A stretch of 32,000 nt of DNA from positions 450,001 through 482,000 of the forward strand of contig AP024486.1 of the NCBI GenBank assembly GCA_021654395.1, written 5' to 3'. Shown here one piece after another: positions 17,471 through 26,351 of this stretch. The notes beneath the pieces are model-generated. The model saw only the letters and a program-made list of their open reading frames with translations. It made no database searches and had not been told where the DNA came from. Positions within the stretch are counted from its first letter, which is position 1, and each line of letters starts with the position of its first letter. The stretch is from Candidatus Saccharimonadota bacterium. GTDB taxonomy: Archaea; Micrarchaeota; Micrarchaeia; Micrarchaeales; Micrarchaeaceae. The translations under genes and the position numbers were made by a program.

Positions 17471-18289
17471 ATGAAAGATAATAATAGAAAGAGTCAGATA
17501 CTTATTAGATATGTAGTATCAATAGTATTCATAGCAGCTATCTATATTATAGCATATATATACTTATCTAGCAAGCCTAAATACAACAGTAGCTTATATA
17601 CAACAGTATACACAACATATACAACTATACCGAATAGCTCAAGCAGTCAAGACAATAGCACTATTGTTATAACAGTAAACAGCTTAAATATATCTCGTTA
17701 TAACTTTAGCTTTAATATATCAAGATACGAAGAAGATAAGAAAGCGTTATTGAATGTCTCCGTATACAATAGATTTAATCAGTCTATAGGAGTAGATGCA
17801 TATCTATATAATCCATCGAACACTACAGTAATATTATATAGAAATATGAGCATAATAACAGATATAGTCAGTAATACAAGCTTTATAAATAATGAGTATC
17901 CATGTAGCTACAATAGCTTTATTATAGCTATAGCACTCTATAAAGGGATATATAACGTAACGCAGCTTTACAATAAAAGTCCCTTACTATTATATAAGCC
18001 ATTTATCGTTACCTGCCCTCTAATAACAGGTAATGCCTCGCCTGTCTATCTATTTAGTAGATCAAGTAATATATCTATATACTATAGCTCAGCGCAGAGC
18101 ACAGATCATGTCTATAATACAACGTCTAAGACCTCTTATATTATAAGTAGCTACTGGATATATGCAAATAATACATATAAACAAGAGCCGCTTAATGGAA
18201 GTTATACTCTGCTTATAGTTTCACCGTATACAAGCAGCTATGATATTATACATATCCATGCGAAAAGGCAGATGCTAAGCTATAATTAA
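17471..18289 (+). CDS. N-terminally anchored, sequon-rich surface protein (paralog 1).
   Basis: I prefer the ATG at 17471 (MKDNNRKSQ...) over the track GTG at 17420. It has one N-terminal TM helix, many N-X-S/T sites, and a shared C-terminal LNGSYTLLIVSPY motif with the next gene. Confidence 0.75.
   Translation: MKDNNRKSQILIRYVVSIVFIAAIYIIAYIYLSSKPKYNSSLYTTVYTTYTTIPNSSSSQDNSTIVITVNSLNISRYNFSFNISRYEEDKKALLNVSVYNRFNQSIGVDAYLYNPSNTTVILYRNMSIITDIVSNTSFINNEYPCSYNSFIIAIALYKGIYNVTQLYNKSPLLLYKPFIVTCPLITGNASPVYLFSRSSNISIYYSSAQSTDHVYNTTSKTSYIISSYWIYANNTYKQEPLNGSYTLLIVSPYTSSYDIIHIHAKRQMLSYN
17798..17905 (+). repeat. 108-nt near-identical patch shared with 18640-18747 (copy 1).
   Basis: The patch gcatatctatataatccatcGaacactacag...aatgagtatccatgt differs from copy 2 at a single synonymous position, 17818 G versus 18660 A. 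Confidence 0.9.
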
Positions 18290-18372
18290 GATCGTAGATG
18301 ATTCTTATATTATTTATATATTATATTAATAGATTTTTAAATTAGTAGAGTATTAACTTATAATGATTAGTT

Positions 18373-19140
18373 ATGGTATCTGATAAGCAGAGTAGGCATT
18401 ATATGCCTTTATATCTAATATTGGTATTGGCTTTAATAGTACTGATACTATACTATATAGAATCTAGTCCTAATGTTAAGTATTCAAATAGTGGCGGATT
18501 ATACTCAAATAACCAAAGCCTAAATAATAGCGTTAACTCAAGCTACAATAACAAGACAGAGCTAATAAATGAATCTAAGCGCTCAGTCATTTTATATGCG
18601 AACATTACAGAGCTAAAGAATAATACATTTAAGCTCACTGCATATCTATATAATCCATCAAACACTACAGTAATATTATATAGAAATATGAGCATAATAA
18701 CAGATATAGTCAGTAATACAAGCTTTATAAATAATGAGTATCCATGTGATTTAAATCTATTTCCTATAGTAGTAGCGCTATTTAAAGGCAACTATAGCAT
18801 ATCTCAGCTATATAATAAAACACCATTGCTTATAGAGCCACCCCCACCACCTTATCTACTCTGCCCTGTATCAATACTATCTAGAGTAAGCTATGTAAGT
18901 ATGCCGGCTAGATCAACAGATATAGAAGTAAATACAACTCTTACACCAACCTCGCAAAGACTAAACTATAGCGAGAATACTAAGACAACCTTTTACATAT
19001 CTGAATACTTTTCACCGCAATCTACAAGTAATTTAACCAGCTCACAGTACTATCGCGCATATAAGCTTAATGGAAGCTATACCATACTTGTTGCCTCTCC
19101 TTATGTAAAAGATTATAGAGTATTCCATATTAAGGCATAG
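18373..19140 (+). CDS. N-terminally anchored, sequon-rich surface protein (paralog 2).
   Basis: 255 aa with the TM helix MPLYLILVLALIVLILYYI. It shares the identical 36-aa block AYLYNPSNTTVILYRNMSIITDIVSNTSFINNEYPC and the C-terminal LNGSYTILVASPY with paralog 1. Confidence 0.8.
   Translation: MVSDKQSRHYMPLYLILVLALIVLILYYIESSPNVKYSNSGGLYSNNQSLNNSVNSSYNNKTELINESKRSVILYANITELKNNTFKLTAYLYNPSNTTVILYRNMSIITDIVSNTSFINNEYPCDLNLFPIVVALFKGNYSISQLYNKTPLLIEPPPPPYLLCPVSILSRVSYVSMPARSTDIEVNTTLTPTSQRLNYSENTKTTFYISEYFSPQSTSNLTSSQYYRAYKLNGSYTILVASPYVKDYRVFHIKA
18640..18747 (+). repeat. 108-nt near-identical patch shared with 17798-17905 (copy 2).
   Basis: See copy 1. The flanking sequence of the two genes is much more diverged. 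Confidence 0.9.
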
Positions 19141-19157
19141 TAAGATAGTGCAATAGC

Positions 19158-21533
19158 ATGTACACTAAAGAGATAGAGAAATGGTTAAGGCAGCATTATA
19201 TAGTAATAATTCTCTATATATTAGCCTCGATGCTAGAGTTCTATTTTATACTTGGTAATATAACAAGATATGCAATAGGCTTTGGAAGCGATACATTTCA
19301 GGCGTTATGGTTTATATTCTGGACTAGGTATGCGATCTCAAATCATCTTAACCTATTTAACACAGATCTTATATACTATCCTGTTGGCGCTAATCTTCTA
19401 GTAAATGCATACCCTGTTCTAACATATCTTTTAGCTGCAGTCATAAGCTCCATATCGAATATAGTCTTTGCTTACAATATATTAAAGATATTCGGCTTAG
19501 CTTTCTCTGCATTTATGATGTACCTTCTTGCATATAAGATAACTAATAACAAGTACGCAGCATTCTTCAGCGGATTCATATTTGCATTTGGATCGTTTTC
19601 TTTAATACACTCCTTAGGAGAGCTCGATATGGAGTTCTCTGGCTTCTTGCCTCTTTCTTTACTTGCGCTAATTAACATAATAGATTCAAAAAGTACAAAG
19701 AAAGTCATCTTAAATTCATCTATAATAGGGTTATCATTAACACTTGTTTATCTAATGAATAATATTGAGTTTATAGTCTTTGATAGCCTTCTTCTATTGG
19801 CCTATCTTTTAGTATATATAGTTACGGATAAAGAGAAGAGAGCAGCTCTTATAAGTAAGGTTAATCTAAGCAGCATAAAGATAAGCAAGATATATCTTGC
19901 TATAATAGTTGTATCTATTACATTTATAATAACCAGCATATGGCTTCTCTATCCAACATATGAGCTATATAGAGAATATAGATACTCACTAGCAGGTGTA
20001 AGCTCAGTAGCACAGTATGCTTTGTATAGCAATAATCTGCTAAGCTTCTTTATTATACCATATTTTAATGGTATATTTTACCCATTAACAAACGGTTACG
20101 GCCTATTTAACGGATCTGCCTCTTGCCTATCAATTCTAACTTATACATCAGTAACACTTGGTACAGAGAGGACAGCATTCATAGGCTATTCTGTTATACT
20201 ATTAGTAATGTATGCGATATACAGATTTAGATCTAAGGTAATCCCAGATCTGCTAGTTGCTTTATTCTTCATGATAGTCTCTCTTGGCCCATATATAACG
20301 CTAGGCCCTTATGGTGCTAGCTGTACTCAACCATACTCTCAGAATCTACCTCCAGATAATCCTCTATTTGATGTATTTAATAGCATACCATTAGTAAATG
20401 CAGTTAGAGAGTATGATAGATACTTTGTGATAAGTCTGGTTGCATTATCTATAATAGCAGCTATCGCGCTATCTGATATAATAGATAGATCTAATAATAG
20501 AAGATCTAAGCTTATAGTATTATCACTACTCTTGATAGTATTTGTATTAGGTAATAATCTATTTCCAACAAATAGCTATCTTACTCATTTTGATGAGCAG
20601 CCTATAGAAGGTATAAGCTCAAGATTTTATGATACGATAGCGAATATAAGCAGTAACTTTACAGTCTTACCACTGCCAGCAACACCAGTTACTGGAGTAT
20701 ATCCGAATCTATATCTATCAATGAATATGTATTTTGAGTCGATATACAAAAAGCCCATACTTACAGGATATACATCTAGAGTGACACCACAGGAGGAGAA
20801 TCTATTATATACTATACCTCTTGCTATTCAAGCAGACACTGCGCTATTTCCATCTCTATCGATAAATTACTCTGCAGTGGTAAATGAGAACTTTAGTAAT
20901 GTAACATTACTTTCATTATATAATTATAGAACTGCATTTGTAGTTATAAATCTACTACCATATCTAACACAAGAGAACTTCTCTGGATTCCAGAAGCTAT
21001 ACAGCTACTTATATAGTCTTTTTGGGTATCCTGTATATGATGGTAATACCACTATGGCTTTCTTTGTACTTAATAAGACGACAGAAGCCGCATATAGATC
21101 ATACGTGGCTTATACTTATCCGCAGTACTGGCCAAGGATCCAGATATATAACAGCAGCTTAGACTTCTATACACCATTAGCTTATAATGGATCAAGCGCC
21201 TATATCATAGTTTACGCTCCATGTAACTCAAGCATAAGTATAGCAGAATGCTCAAGCTCCTATATAGAAAGGCCAACAAGAATAAGCTTCTATGCAAGAT
21301 CTCTAAATCTTAATAATCCTCAGCTCAATAGTAGCGTAGATATGAATATATATGAGTATAATAAAGGAGCACAAAGAAAGATCTTCTCTGGATATATAGA
21401 TGGAGATATTAAGCAATATATTATAAATACAACGATGCTTGAGGGCGCTAATCCAAATATACTGGTATTTAGCTATAATAGTAATGGCGTAATTCCATTG
21501 ATAACAAATATAACCTTCAGCAGTGAAGGCTGA
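19158..21533 (+). CDS. Large polytopic membrane protein with a C-terminal extracytoplasmic domain. Candidate GT-C-type glycosyltransferase; not AglB.
   Basis: 791 aa. The first ~470 aa contain roughly a dozen hydrophobic segments. The first loop carries an acidic residue (GFGSDTFQALWFIFW). The C-terminal ~300 aa form a sequon-rich soluble domain. No WWDYG motif is present. Confidence 0.55.
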   Translation: MYTKEIEKWLRQHYIVIILYILASMLEFYFILGNITRYAIGFGSDTFQALWFIFWTRYAISNHLNLFNTDLIYYPVGANLLVNAYPVLTYLLAAVISSISNIVFAYNILKIFGLAFSAFMMYLLAYKITNNKYAAFFSGFIFAFGSFSLIHSLGELDMEFSGFLPLSLLALINIIDSKSTKKVILNSSIIGLSLTLVYLMNNIEFIVFDSLLLLAYLLVYIVTDKEKRAALISKVNLSSIKISKIYLAIIVVSITFIITSIWLLYPTYELYREYRYSLAGVSSVAQYALYSNNLLSFFIIPYFNGIFYPLTNGYGLFNGSASCLSILTYTSVTLGTERTAFIGYSVILLVMYAIYRFRSKVIPDLLVALFFMIVSLGPYITLGPYGASCTQPYSQNLPPDNPLFDVFNSIPLVNAVREYDRYFVISLVALSIIAAIALSDIIDRSNNRRSKLIVLSLLLIVFVLGNNLFPTNSYLTHFDEQPIEGISSRFYDTIANISSNFTVLPLPATPVTGVYPNLYLSMNMYFESIYKKPILTGYTSRVTPQEENLLYTIPLAIQADTALFPSLSINYSAVVNENFSNVTLLSLYNYRTAFVVINLLPYLTQENFSGFQKLYSYLYSLFGYPVYDGNTTMAFFVLNKTTEAAYRSYVAYTYPQYWPRIQIYNSSLDFYTPLAYNGSSAYIIVYAPCNSSISIAECSSSYIERPTRISFYARSLNLNNPQLNSSVDMNIYEYNKGAQRKIFSGYIDGDIKQYIINTTMLEGANPNILVFSYNSNGVIPLITNITFSSEG

Positions 21534-22195
21534 TGAAAGAGATAAGGGTTATAGTAGATGATAGAGAAAGAGATCTTGATATATTATATAGATTAGAAGA
21601 GCTTAATCTAGATATAGAAATAAGACATCTTGAGATAGGGGATTATTTAGCCTCTGACAGAATAGCAATAGAGAGAAAGAGTATTGAGGACTTTCAGAGA
21701 TCTATAATAGATGGAAGATTATTTAAGCAAGCGAAGCGATTGAGAGACAGCTTTGAGAGGCCTGTTTTAATAATAGAAGGATCAAAGGAATACTTCTTAC
21801 TTAATAGTAATGTATATAGTGGCGCTATTGCATCTCTTATAGCTCATTACAATATATCTGTCATAAATACCTCAGACAAGACAGAAACTGCAGATATAGT
21901 AGCACAGATATGTAAGCACGAGCAGATAGATGAGCATAGAGCAGTATCGTTTAAAGCTGGAAGGATACTAAAGACAGACTCTGATTATATGGAGCAGATA
22001 GTAGGATCTCTTCCTTACGTTGGACCAATAACAGCAAAAGAGCTGCTTTTAAGATTTAAGACTATACGTAACATAGCTAATGCTTCTATAGAGCAGCTTG
22101 ATAGTATTAGAAACATAAGTAGAAAGAAGGCAACAAGAATATACCAAATATTTAATAATACATATTGTATAGATAATAATAGTGAGTCTTATTGA
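21533..22195 (+). CDS. xpf: Short-form XPF/ERCC4 structure-specific endonuclease (nuclease plus HhH2 domains, no helicase domain).
   Basis: It has the ERCC4 signature IGDYLASDRIAIERKSIEDFQRSIIDGRLFKQ and a C-terminal tandem helix-hairpin-helix LPYVGPITAKELL ... IEQLDSIRNISRKKATRIY. Confidence 0.88.
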   Translation: MKEIRVIVDDRERDLDILYRLEELNLDIEIRHLEIGDYLASDRIAIERKSIEDFQRSIIDGRLFKQAKRLRDSFERPVLIIEGSKEYFLLNSNVYSGAIASLIAHYNISVINTSDKTETADIVAQICKHEQIDEHRAVSFKAGRILKTDSDYMEQIVGSLPYVGPITAKELLLRFKTIRNIANASIEQLDSIRNISRKKATRIYQIFNNTYCIDNNSESY

Positions 22196-23454
22196 ACGAT
22201 CCTATAGAGTTTCATAAGCTAAGAAATGGTAAGATACAGGTAATGCCAAAGGTTAAGCTTAAGGATAAAAATGATCTAAAGCTTGCTTATACTCCTGGAG
22301 TTGCAGATGTCTCATTGGCTATAAAGGCAGATAAGAATCTTTCGTTTGAGTATACAAATAGAAGCAATAGCATAGCTATAGTTACTGATGGAACAAGAAT
22401 ATTGGGCTTAGGAAAGATAGGTCCAGAAGCTGGAATGCCAGTTATGGAGGGAAAGGCCCTGCTCTTTAAGCACTTCGGCGGGGTTGATGCTATACCATTA
22501 GCTATAAGCAATACAGATAAGGGATTTATATTAAGCTTTATAAGAGCTATAGCTCCTTCATTTGGTGGAATAAATCTAGAGGATATAGAGTCTCCAAAGG
22601 TAGTAGAGATCTTAAAGGAGCTAGAGAGCAGCCTAGAGATACCAGTATTTCATGATGACAGCTATGGTACTGCAGTATCTGTATTAGCAGCATTAATAAA
22701 TGCATTAAAGCTAGTTGGTAAAAGCATTAAAGAGATAAAGATAGTAGTTAACGGTGCAGGATCTGCAGGATATGGCATAGTAAAGCTTCTTGTTAGCTTT
22801 GGCGCTAAGGATATCATAGTATTTGATACAAAAGGCGCTATCTTTAAGGATAGAGACCAAGAGGTAAAGACAAATATAATTAAAAGAGAGATCAGCGAGA
22901 TAACTAACAAGGATCAGCTTAGCTTAAGCATAGAAGAGGCAGTTAAGGGAGCAGATCTGCTGATAGGAGTATCAACTAAGGGCGCATTTAATAAAGAGAT
23001 GATAAAGAAGATGAATGATAAAGCTATAGTATTTGCTTTAGCGAATCCGATACCAGAGATAGACGAGCAATCAGCTTTAGATGCCGGCGCTTATATATAT
23101 GCCTCTGGAAGAAGCGATCAGAAGAATCAGGTAAACAATCTGCTTGCATTTCCTGGCATAATGCGGGGTCTACTAGATGTAAATGCTATTAGAGTAAATG
23201 ATAATGCACTAATAGCAGCAGCAGATGCGATAGCCAGCTCATTAAAGGGGGATCTTGATAGATTTAATATAATACCAGACATATTTAGTCAAAGATCAGA
23301 GCTTGCTTTGAATGTAGCATATGCTGTCGGAAGATCTCTAATAAAAGATGGTCTTGCTAGAAGAAGATTATCAGACGAAGATCTAAAGGCAAAGATAGCA
23401 GATAAGCTTAAATTAAGCTTCGATATTGAAGATTATATATTAGATAAGCTATGA
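22192..23454 (+). CDS. NAD(P)-dependent malic enzyme (oxaloacetate-decarboxylating malate dehydrogenase), short prokaryotic form.
   Basis: Motifs seen: LAYTPGVA, VTDGTRILGLGKIGPEAGMPVMEGKALLFKHFGGVDA, GINLEDI, the NAD-binding fold VVNGAGSAGYG, and LANPIPEI. It has a TTG start that overlaps the xpf stop. Confidence 0.9.
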   Translation: MNDPIEFHKLRNGKIQVMPKVKLKDKNDLKLAYTPGVADVSLAIKADKNLSFEYTNRSNSIAIVTDGTRILGLGKIGPEAGMPVMEGKALLFKHFGGVDAIPLAISNTDKGFILSFIRAIAPSFGGINLEDIESPKVVEILKELESSLEIPVFHDDSYGTAVSVLAALINALKLVGKSIKEIKIVVNGAGSAGYGIVKLLVSFGAKDIIVFDTKGAIFKDRDQEVKTNIIKREISEITNKDQLSLSIEEAVKGADLLIGVSTKGAFNKEMIKKMNDKAIVFALANPIPEIDEQSALDAGAYIYASGRSDQKNQVNNLLAFPGIMRGLLDVNAIRVNDNALIAAADAIASSLKGDLDRFNIIPDIFSQRSELALNVAYAVGRSLIKDGLARRRLSDEDLKAKIADKLKLSFDIEDYILDKL

Positions 23455-24428
23455 TCTATATGAATAATAACGATATACTGCCCTGGGTGGAGAAGTATAG
23501 GCCTAAGAGATTAGATGATATAATAGGGCAAGAGCCTATAGTTAAAAGATTAAAGTACTTTGTGCAGCAGAGGAGCTTCCCAAATATGATCTTTGCTGGA
23601 CCTCCAGGAGTTGGAAAGACTACATCAGCTATAGCATTTGCCAACGAGCTCTATAACTTTAATCTTAGAGGAAACTTTAAGGAGCTTAACGCTAGTGATG
23701 AGAGAGGTATAGATGTAATAAGAGGCGCTGTAAAAGAGTTTGCAAAGATCACTAGTCTATCTGATATAAAGCTTAAGATAATATTTCTTGATGAAGCAGA
23801 TGCGTTAACAACAGACGCACAGCATGCATTAAGGAGAACTATGGAGCGCTACTCAGCTGAGACAAGATTCATACTAAGCGTTAATTACTCTAGTAAGATA
23901 ATAGAGCCGATTCAGAGTAGATGCGTTGTATTCAGATTTAAGCCATTGACAAGAGATGAGGTAAAGAGATATATACAGAAAATAGCAGAGAATGAGAAGC
24001 TTATAATAGATGAGAATGCGATGCAGGCCTTAATAGATGTCTCAAATGGTGATCTTAGAAATATAACAAATATACTGCAGTCTATAGCTATCATCTCAAA
24101 TAAGATAGAGGTAGATAATATATATGAGATAGCAGCAAAGGTAAAGCCGGTAGAGTTAAGCAGAATGCTTAAAGAGGCTGTAGAAGGCAAGTTTAACGAT
24201 GCTAAGAAGGATCTAGAGAAGCTTATAGTAGAGTACGGTATAAGCGCAGAGGATCTATTAAAAGAGCTCAATAAGGAGCTTACCAATGCAGTATATATAG
24301 ACGATTACAATAAGCTCAAGATCTTAGAGATAATAGCAGATACCAACTTTAGGATAGTAGAAGGGGCTAATGAGCTAATACAGCTAGATGCTATGCTTGC
24401 TAGAATAGCATCATTAAAGATAGTATAA
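23451..24428 (+). CDS. rfcS: Replication factor C small subunit.
   Basis: Motifs seen: PWVEKYRPKRLDDIIGQE, Walker A GPPGVGKTT, Walker B FLDEADALT and the SRC motif QSRCVVFRF. It is intein-free at 325 aa. Confidence 0.95.
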   Translation: MIYMNNNDILPWVEKYRPKRLDDIIGQEPIVKRLKYFVQQRSFPNMIFAGPPGVGKTTSAIAFANELYNFNLRGNFKELNASDERGIDVIRGAVKEFAKITSLSDIKLKIIFLDEADALTTDAQHALRRTMERYSAETRFILSVNYSSKIIEPIQSRCVVFRFKPLTRDEVKRYIQKIAENEKLIIDENAMQALIDVSNGDLRNITNILQSIAIISNKIEVDNIYEIAAKVKPVELSRMLKEAVEGKFNDAKKDLEKLIVEYGISAEDLLKELNKELTNAVYIDDYNKLKILEIIADTNFRIVEGANELIQLDAMLARIASLKIV

Positions 24429-24435
24429 AATTATT

Positions 24436-25650
24436 ATGATTGGTAAAGAGCTTGAGGTAGTAAAGAGCTATGATGTATATAGAAGACTAAAGGAAGCTAG
24501 ATATCTGAAGTTTCTATCTAGAGCAGATGTCATATCAAATATAAAAGCTAATGAGATAAATGCTATAACGCCTCCATCTGTCTTCGTTGGCAGATACGGC
24601 TATCCTAAGCTAAGTATAGGGCCTTTAATGGCATTCTCTGATAGCATAGCAGATAGAGCAAATAGTCTAGTAGGATTGAGCATAGAAGATATAATAAGAG
24701 TAAGAAGCAGCTTAGTGAGGGTTGCATATCCAGCATCTGCATATAATGTATACTATAGCAATGACAGAAATATTATAAATATACAAGAGCTAGCACTCTC
24801 TGATTATAAGAGCTATGTAGATACTCATATAAAGAAGATCTCAGATGTTCTGCATATAGATGGTATCTCTCAGCCGTTTGGGCCTACTGTATTAGCAGAT
24901 AGAATAGAGATAGAAGATATAAAGAGCAATAGAGTAATAGAGAGTAAAACTAGCGATACAGATGCAAAGGCTAGAGATATAATATATGAGTTATATAGAT
25001 CTAAGATAGATACAAACAAGATAGTCGAGCTGCTATCTACAGGCTTATTAGGAGAAAAAAGCTCTAGAAGGCTAGTACCGACAAGATGGGCCATAACTGC
25101 TGTAGATAGCACAGTATCAGAGATTAATCTGGAGAAGGTTAAGGAGATGAATCCAGTAGATCATATCTCTGCTTACACAGGCTACTATCTTGGCAATAGA
25201 TGGCTCATCTTCTTTATACCTGGATACTACGAGTATGAATCGATAGAGGCTTGGTATCCAAATACAAGATGGAATAGTACTGATAAGATAGATATAGGAG
25301 CATCTTATGAGGGCTTTAAAGGGAGGAGCAGCTATGCAGAGATCGGCGGCTGCTACTACGCTGCGAGATTGGCTACTTCAGAGAAGCTTATTAAAGATAA
25401 CATACAGGCAAAGGTACTAATACTCAGAGAGGTTCATGAAGACTATATACTGCCAGTAGGTGTGTGGAATGTTAGAGAGCATGTGAGGTTGACGCTAAAT
25501 AACGATCCAATAATACTAGAAAGCAAAAGCGATATGCTTAATATCATAGACAGATATATGCGATTGAAGCACGATATATGGATTAAGAATAGTATCATAC
25601 TTAGAGATCTATTTAAGCAGAATAAGATTACCGATTATATAAAGAGTTAA
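24436..25650 (+). CDS. nreA: NreA-family (DUF650/DUF651) archaeal DNA-repair protein with a C-terminal PIP-like box.
   Basis: Motifs seen: PPSVFVGRYGYPKLSIGPL, RRLVPTRWAITAVD and a C-terminal QNKITDYI (Qxx[I]xx[Y]x) at 25618-25641. Confidence 0.75.
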   Translation: MIGKELEVVKSYDVYRRLKEARYLKFLSRADVISNIKANEINAITPPSVFVGRYGYPKLSIGPLMAFSDSIADRANSLVGLSIEDIIRVRSSLVRVAYPASAYNVYYSNDRNIINIQELALSDYKSYVDTHIKKISDVLHIDGISQPFGPTVLADRIEIEDIKSNRVIESKTSDTDAKARDIIYELYRSKIDTNKIVELLSTGLLGEKSSRRLVPTRWAITAVDSTVSEINLEKVKEMNPVDHISAYTGYYLGNRWLIFFIPGYYEYESIEAWYPNTRWNSTDKIDIGASYEGFKGRSSYAEIGGCYYAARLATSEKLIKDNIQAKVLILREVHEDYILPVGVWNVREHVRLTLNNDPIILESKSDMLNIIDRYMRLKHDIWIKNSIILRDLFKQNKITDYIKS

Positions 25651-25874
25651 GACTTCTTTCTAGATAACCTCTTCTTTGTAGACTCATCTTTACTTACTTT
25701 CTCAAGATCCTTATTTGCAATATATGTCAATATAACAAATATAAAAGCTATAATAAAGAATATATAGAATAGAAGCTGATTACTAGTAATAAAGCTGGCT
25801 ATAGCAGCTACTGATGAAACTATTATAGCTATAGAATAGTATAAAAGTCTTCTTTCTACGCTATTTATCTGCAT
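25647..25874 (-). CDS. Small two-TM membrane protein with a basic C-terminal tail.
   Basis: 75 aa. The hydrophobic segments are LLYYSIAIIVSSVAAIASFI and LLFYIFFIIAFIFVILTYI, and the tail is KKRLSRKKS. No homology recognised. Confidence 0.5.
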   Translation of the reverse strand: MQINSVERRLLYYSIAIIVSSVAAIASFITSNQLLFYIFFIIAFIFVILTYIANKDLEKVSKDESTKKRLSRKKS

Positions 25875-25947
25875 AATACTTAATTGTTTAATAATCTTTA
25901 TATAGCTTTGTAAACATTATTGATTATTCTTAAAGCGGTTATTATAT

Positions 25948-26343
25948 ATGATAAGTATATTTAGCTTATTAGAGATACTCACAGCTGCATTTTTAGCAGC
26001 AACAGCACAGATATTTATTAAACACTTTATAGACTCTGCAAAGCATACTATTAAAAAGATGCTAAATATGTTAAAAGAGCTTAGAGTTGGCATAATCTTA
26101 AAGGATATACTGTCACTTATAAACATAAACTCTGTTACTGCAGCTTTGCTATATATAATAGCTCTTCTTATATATCTTCATGCCTTGAAAGAGCTTCCAT
26201 TATTTTATGTCTATTCAATATTCGGTAGTGTATTTGTCTTTGTATATATATTTTCAGTTACAATACTAAGAGAGAGGTCAAATATAGTTAACTTTGTTGG
26301 AGTACTGCTCATATTTATCGGAGTTTCTTTACTAGCGATATAA
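25948..26343 (+). CDS. Small 4-TM EamA/SMR-like half-transporter (ArnE/ArnF-like), subunit A.
   Basis: 131 aa. TM1 carries the A.AQ...K motif (LAATAQIFIKH), and the C-terminal VGVLLIFIGVSLLA is typical of EamA repeats. Confidence 0.6.
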   Translation: MISIFSLLEILTAAFLAATAQIFIKHFIDSAKHTIKKMLNMLKELRVGIILKDILSLININSVTAALLYIIALLIYLHALKELPLFYVYSIFGSVFVFVYIFSVTILRERSNIVNFVGVLLIFIGVSLLAI

Positions 26344-26351
26344 GTGATTAG

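Noticed and set aside
19158-21533. Calling the 791-aa membrane protein the oligosaccharyltransferase AglB/STT3.
   Set aside because: No WWDYG-type motif or recognisable DK/MI motif is present. Only the general GT-C-like topology is supported.
21533-22195. A canonical C-terminal PIP box on the short XPF.
   Set aside because: The C-terminus …ATRIYQIFNNTYCIDNNSESY contains QIFNNTYC, which has Asn rather than a hydrophobic residue at position 4. I do not consider it a convincing PIP motif.
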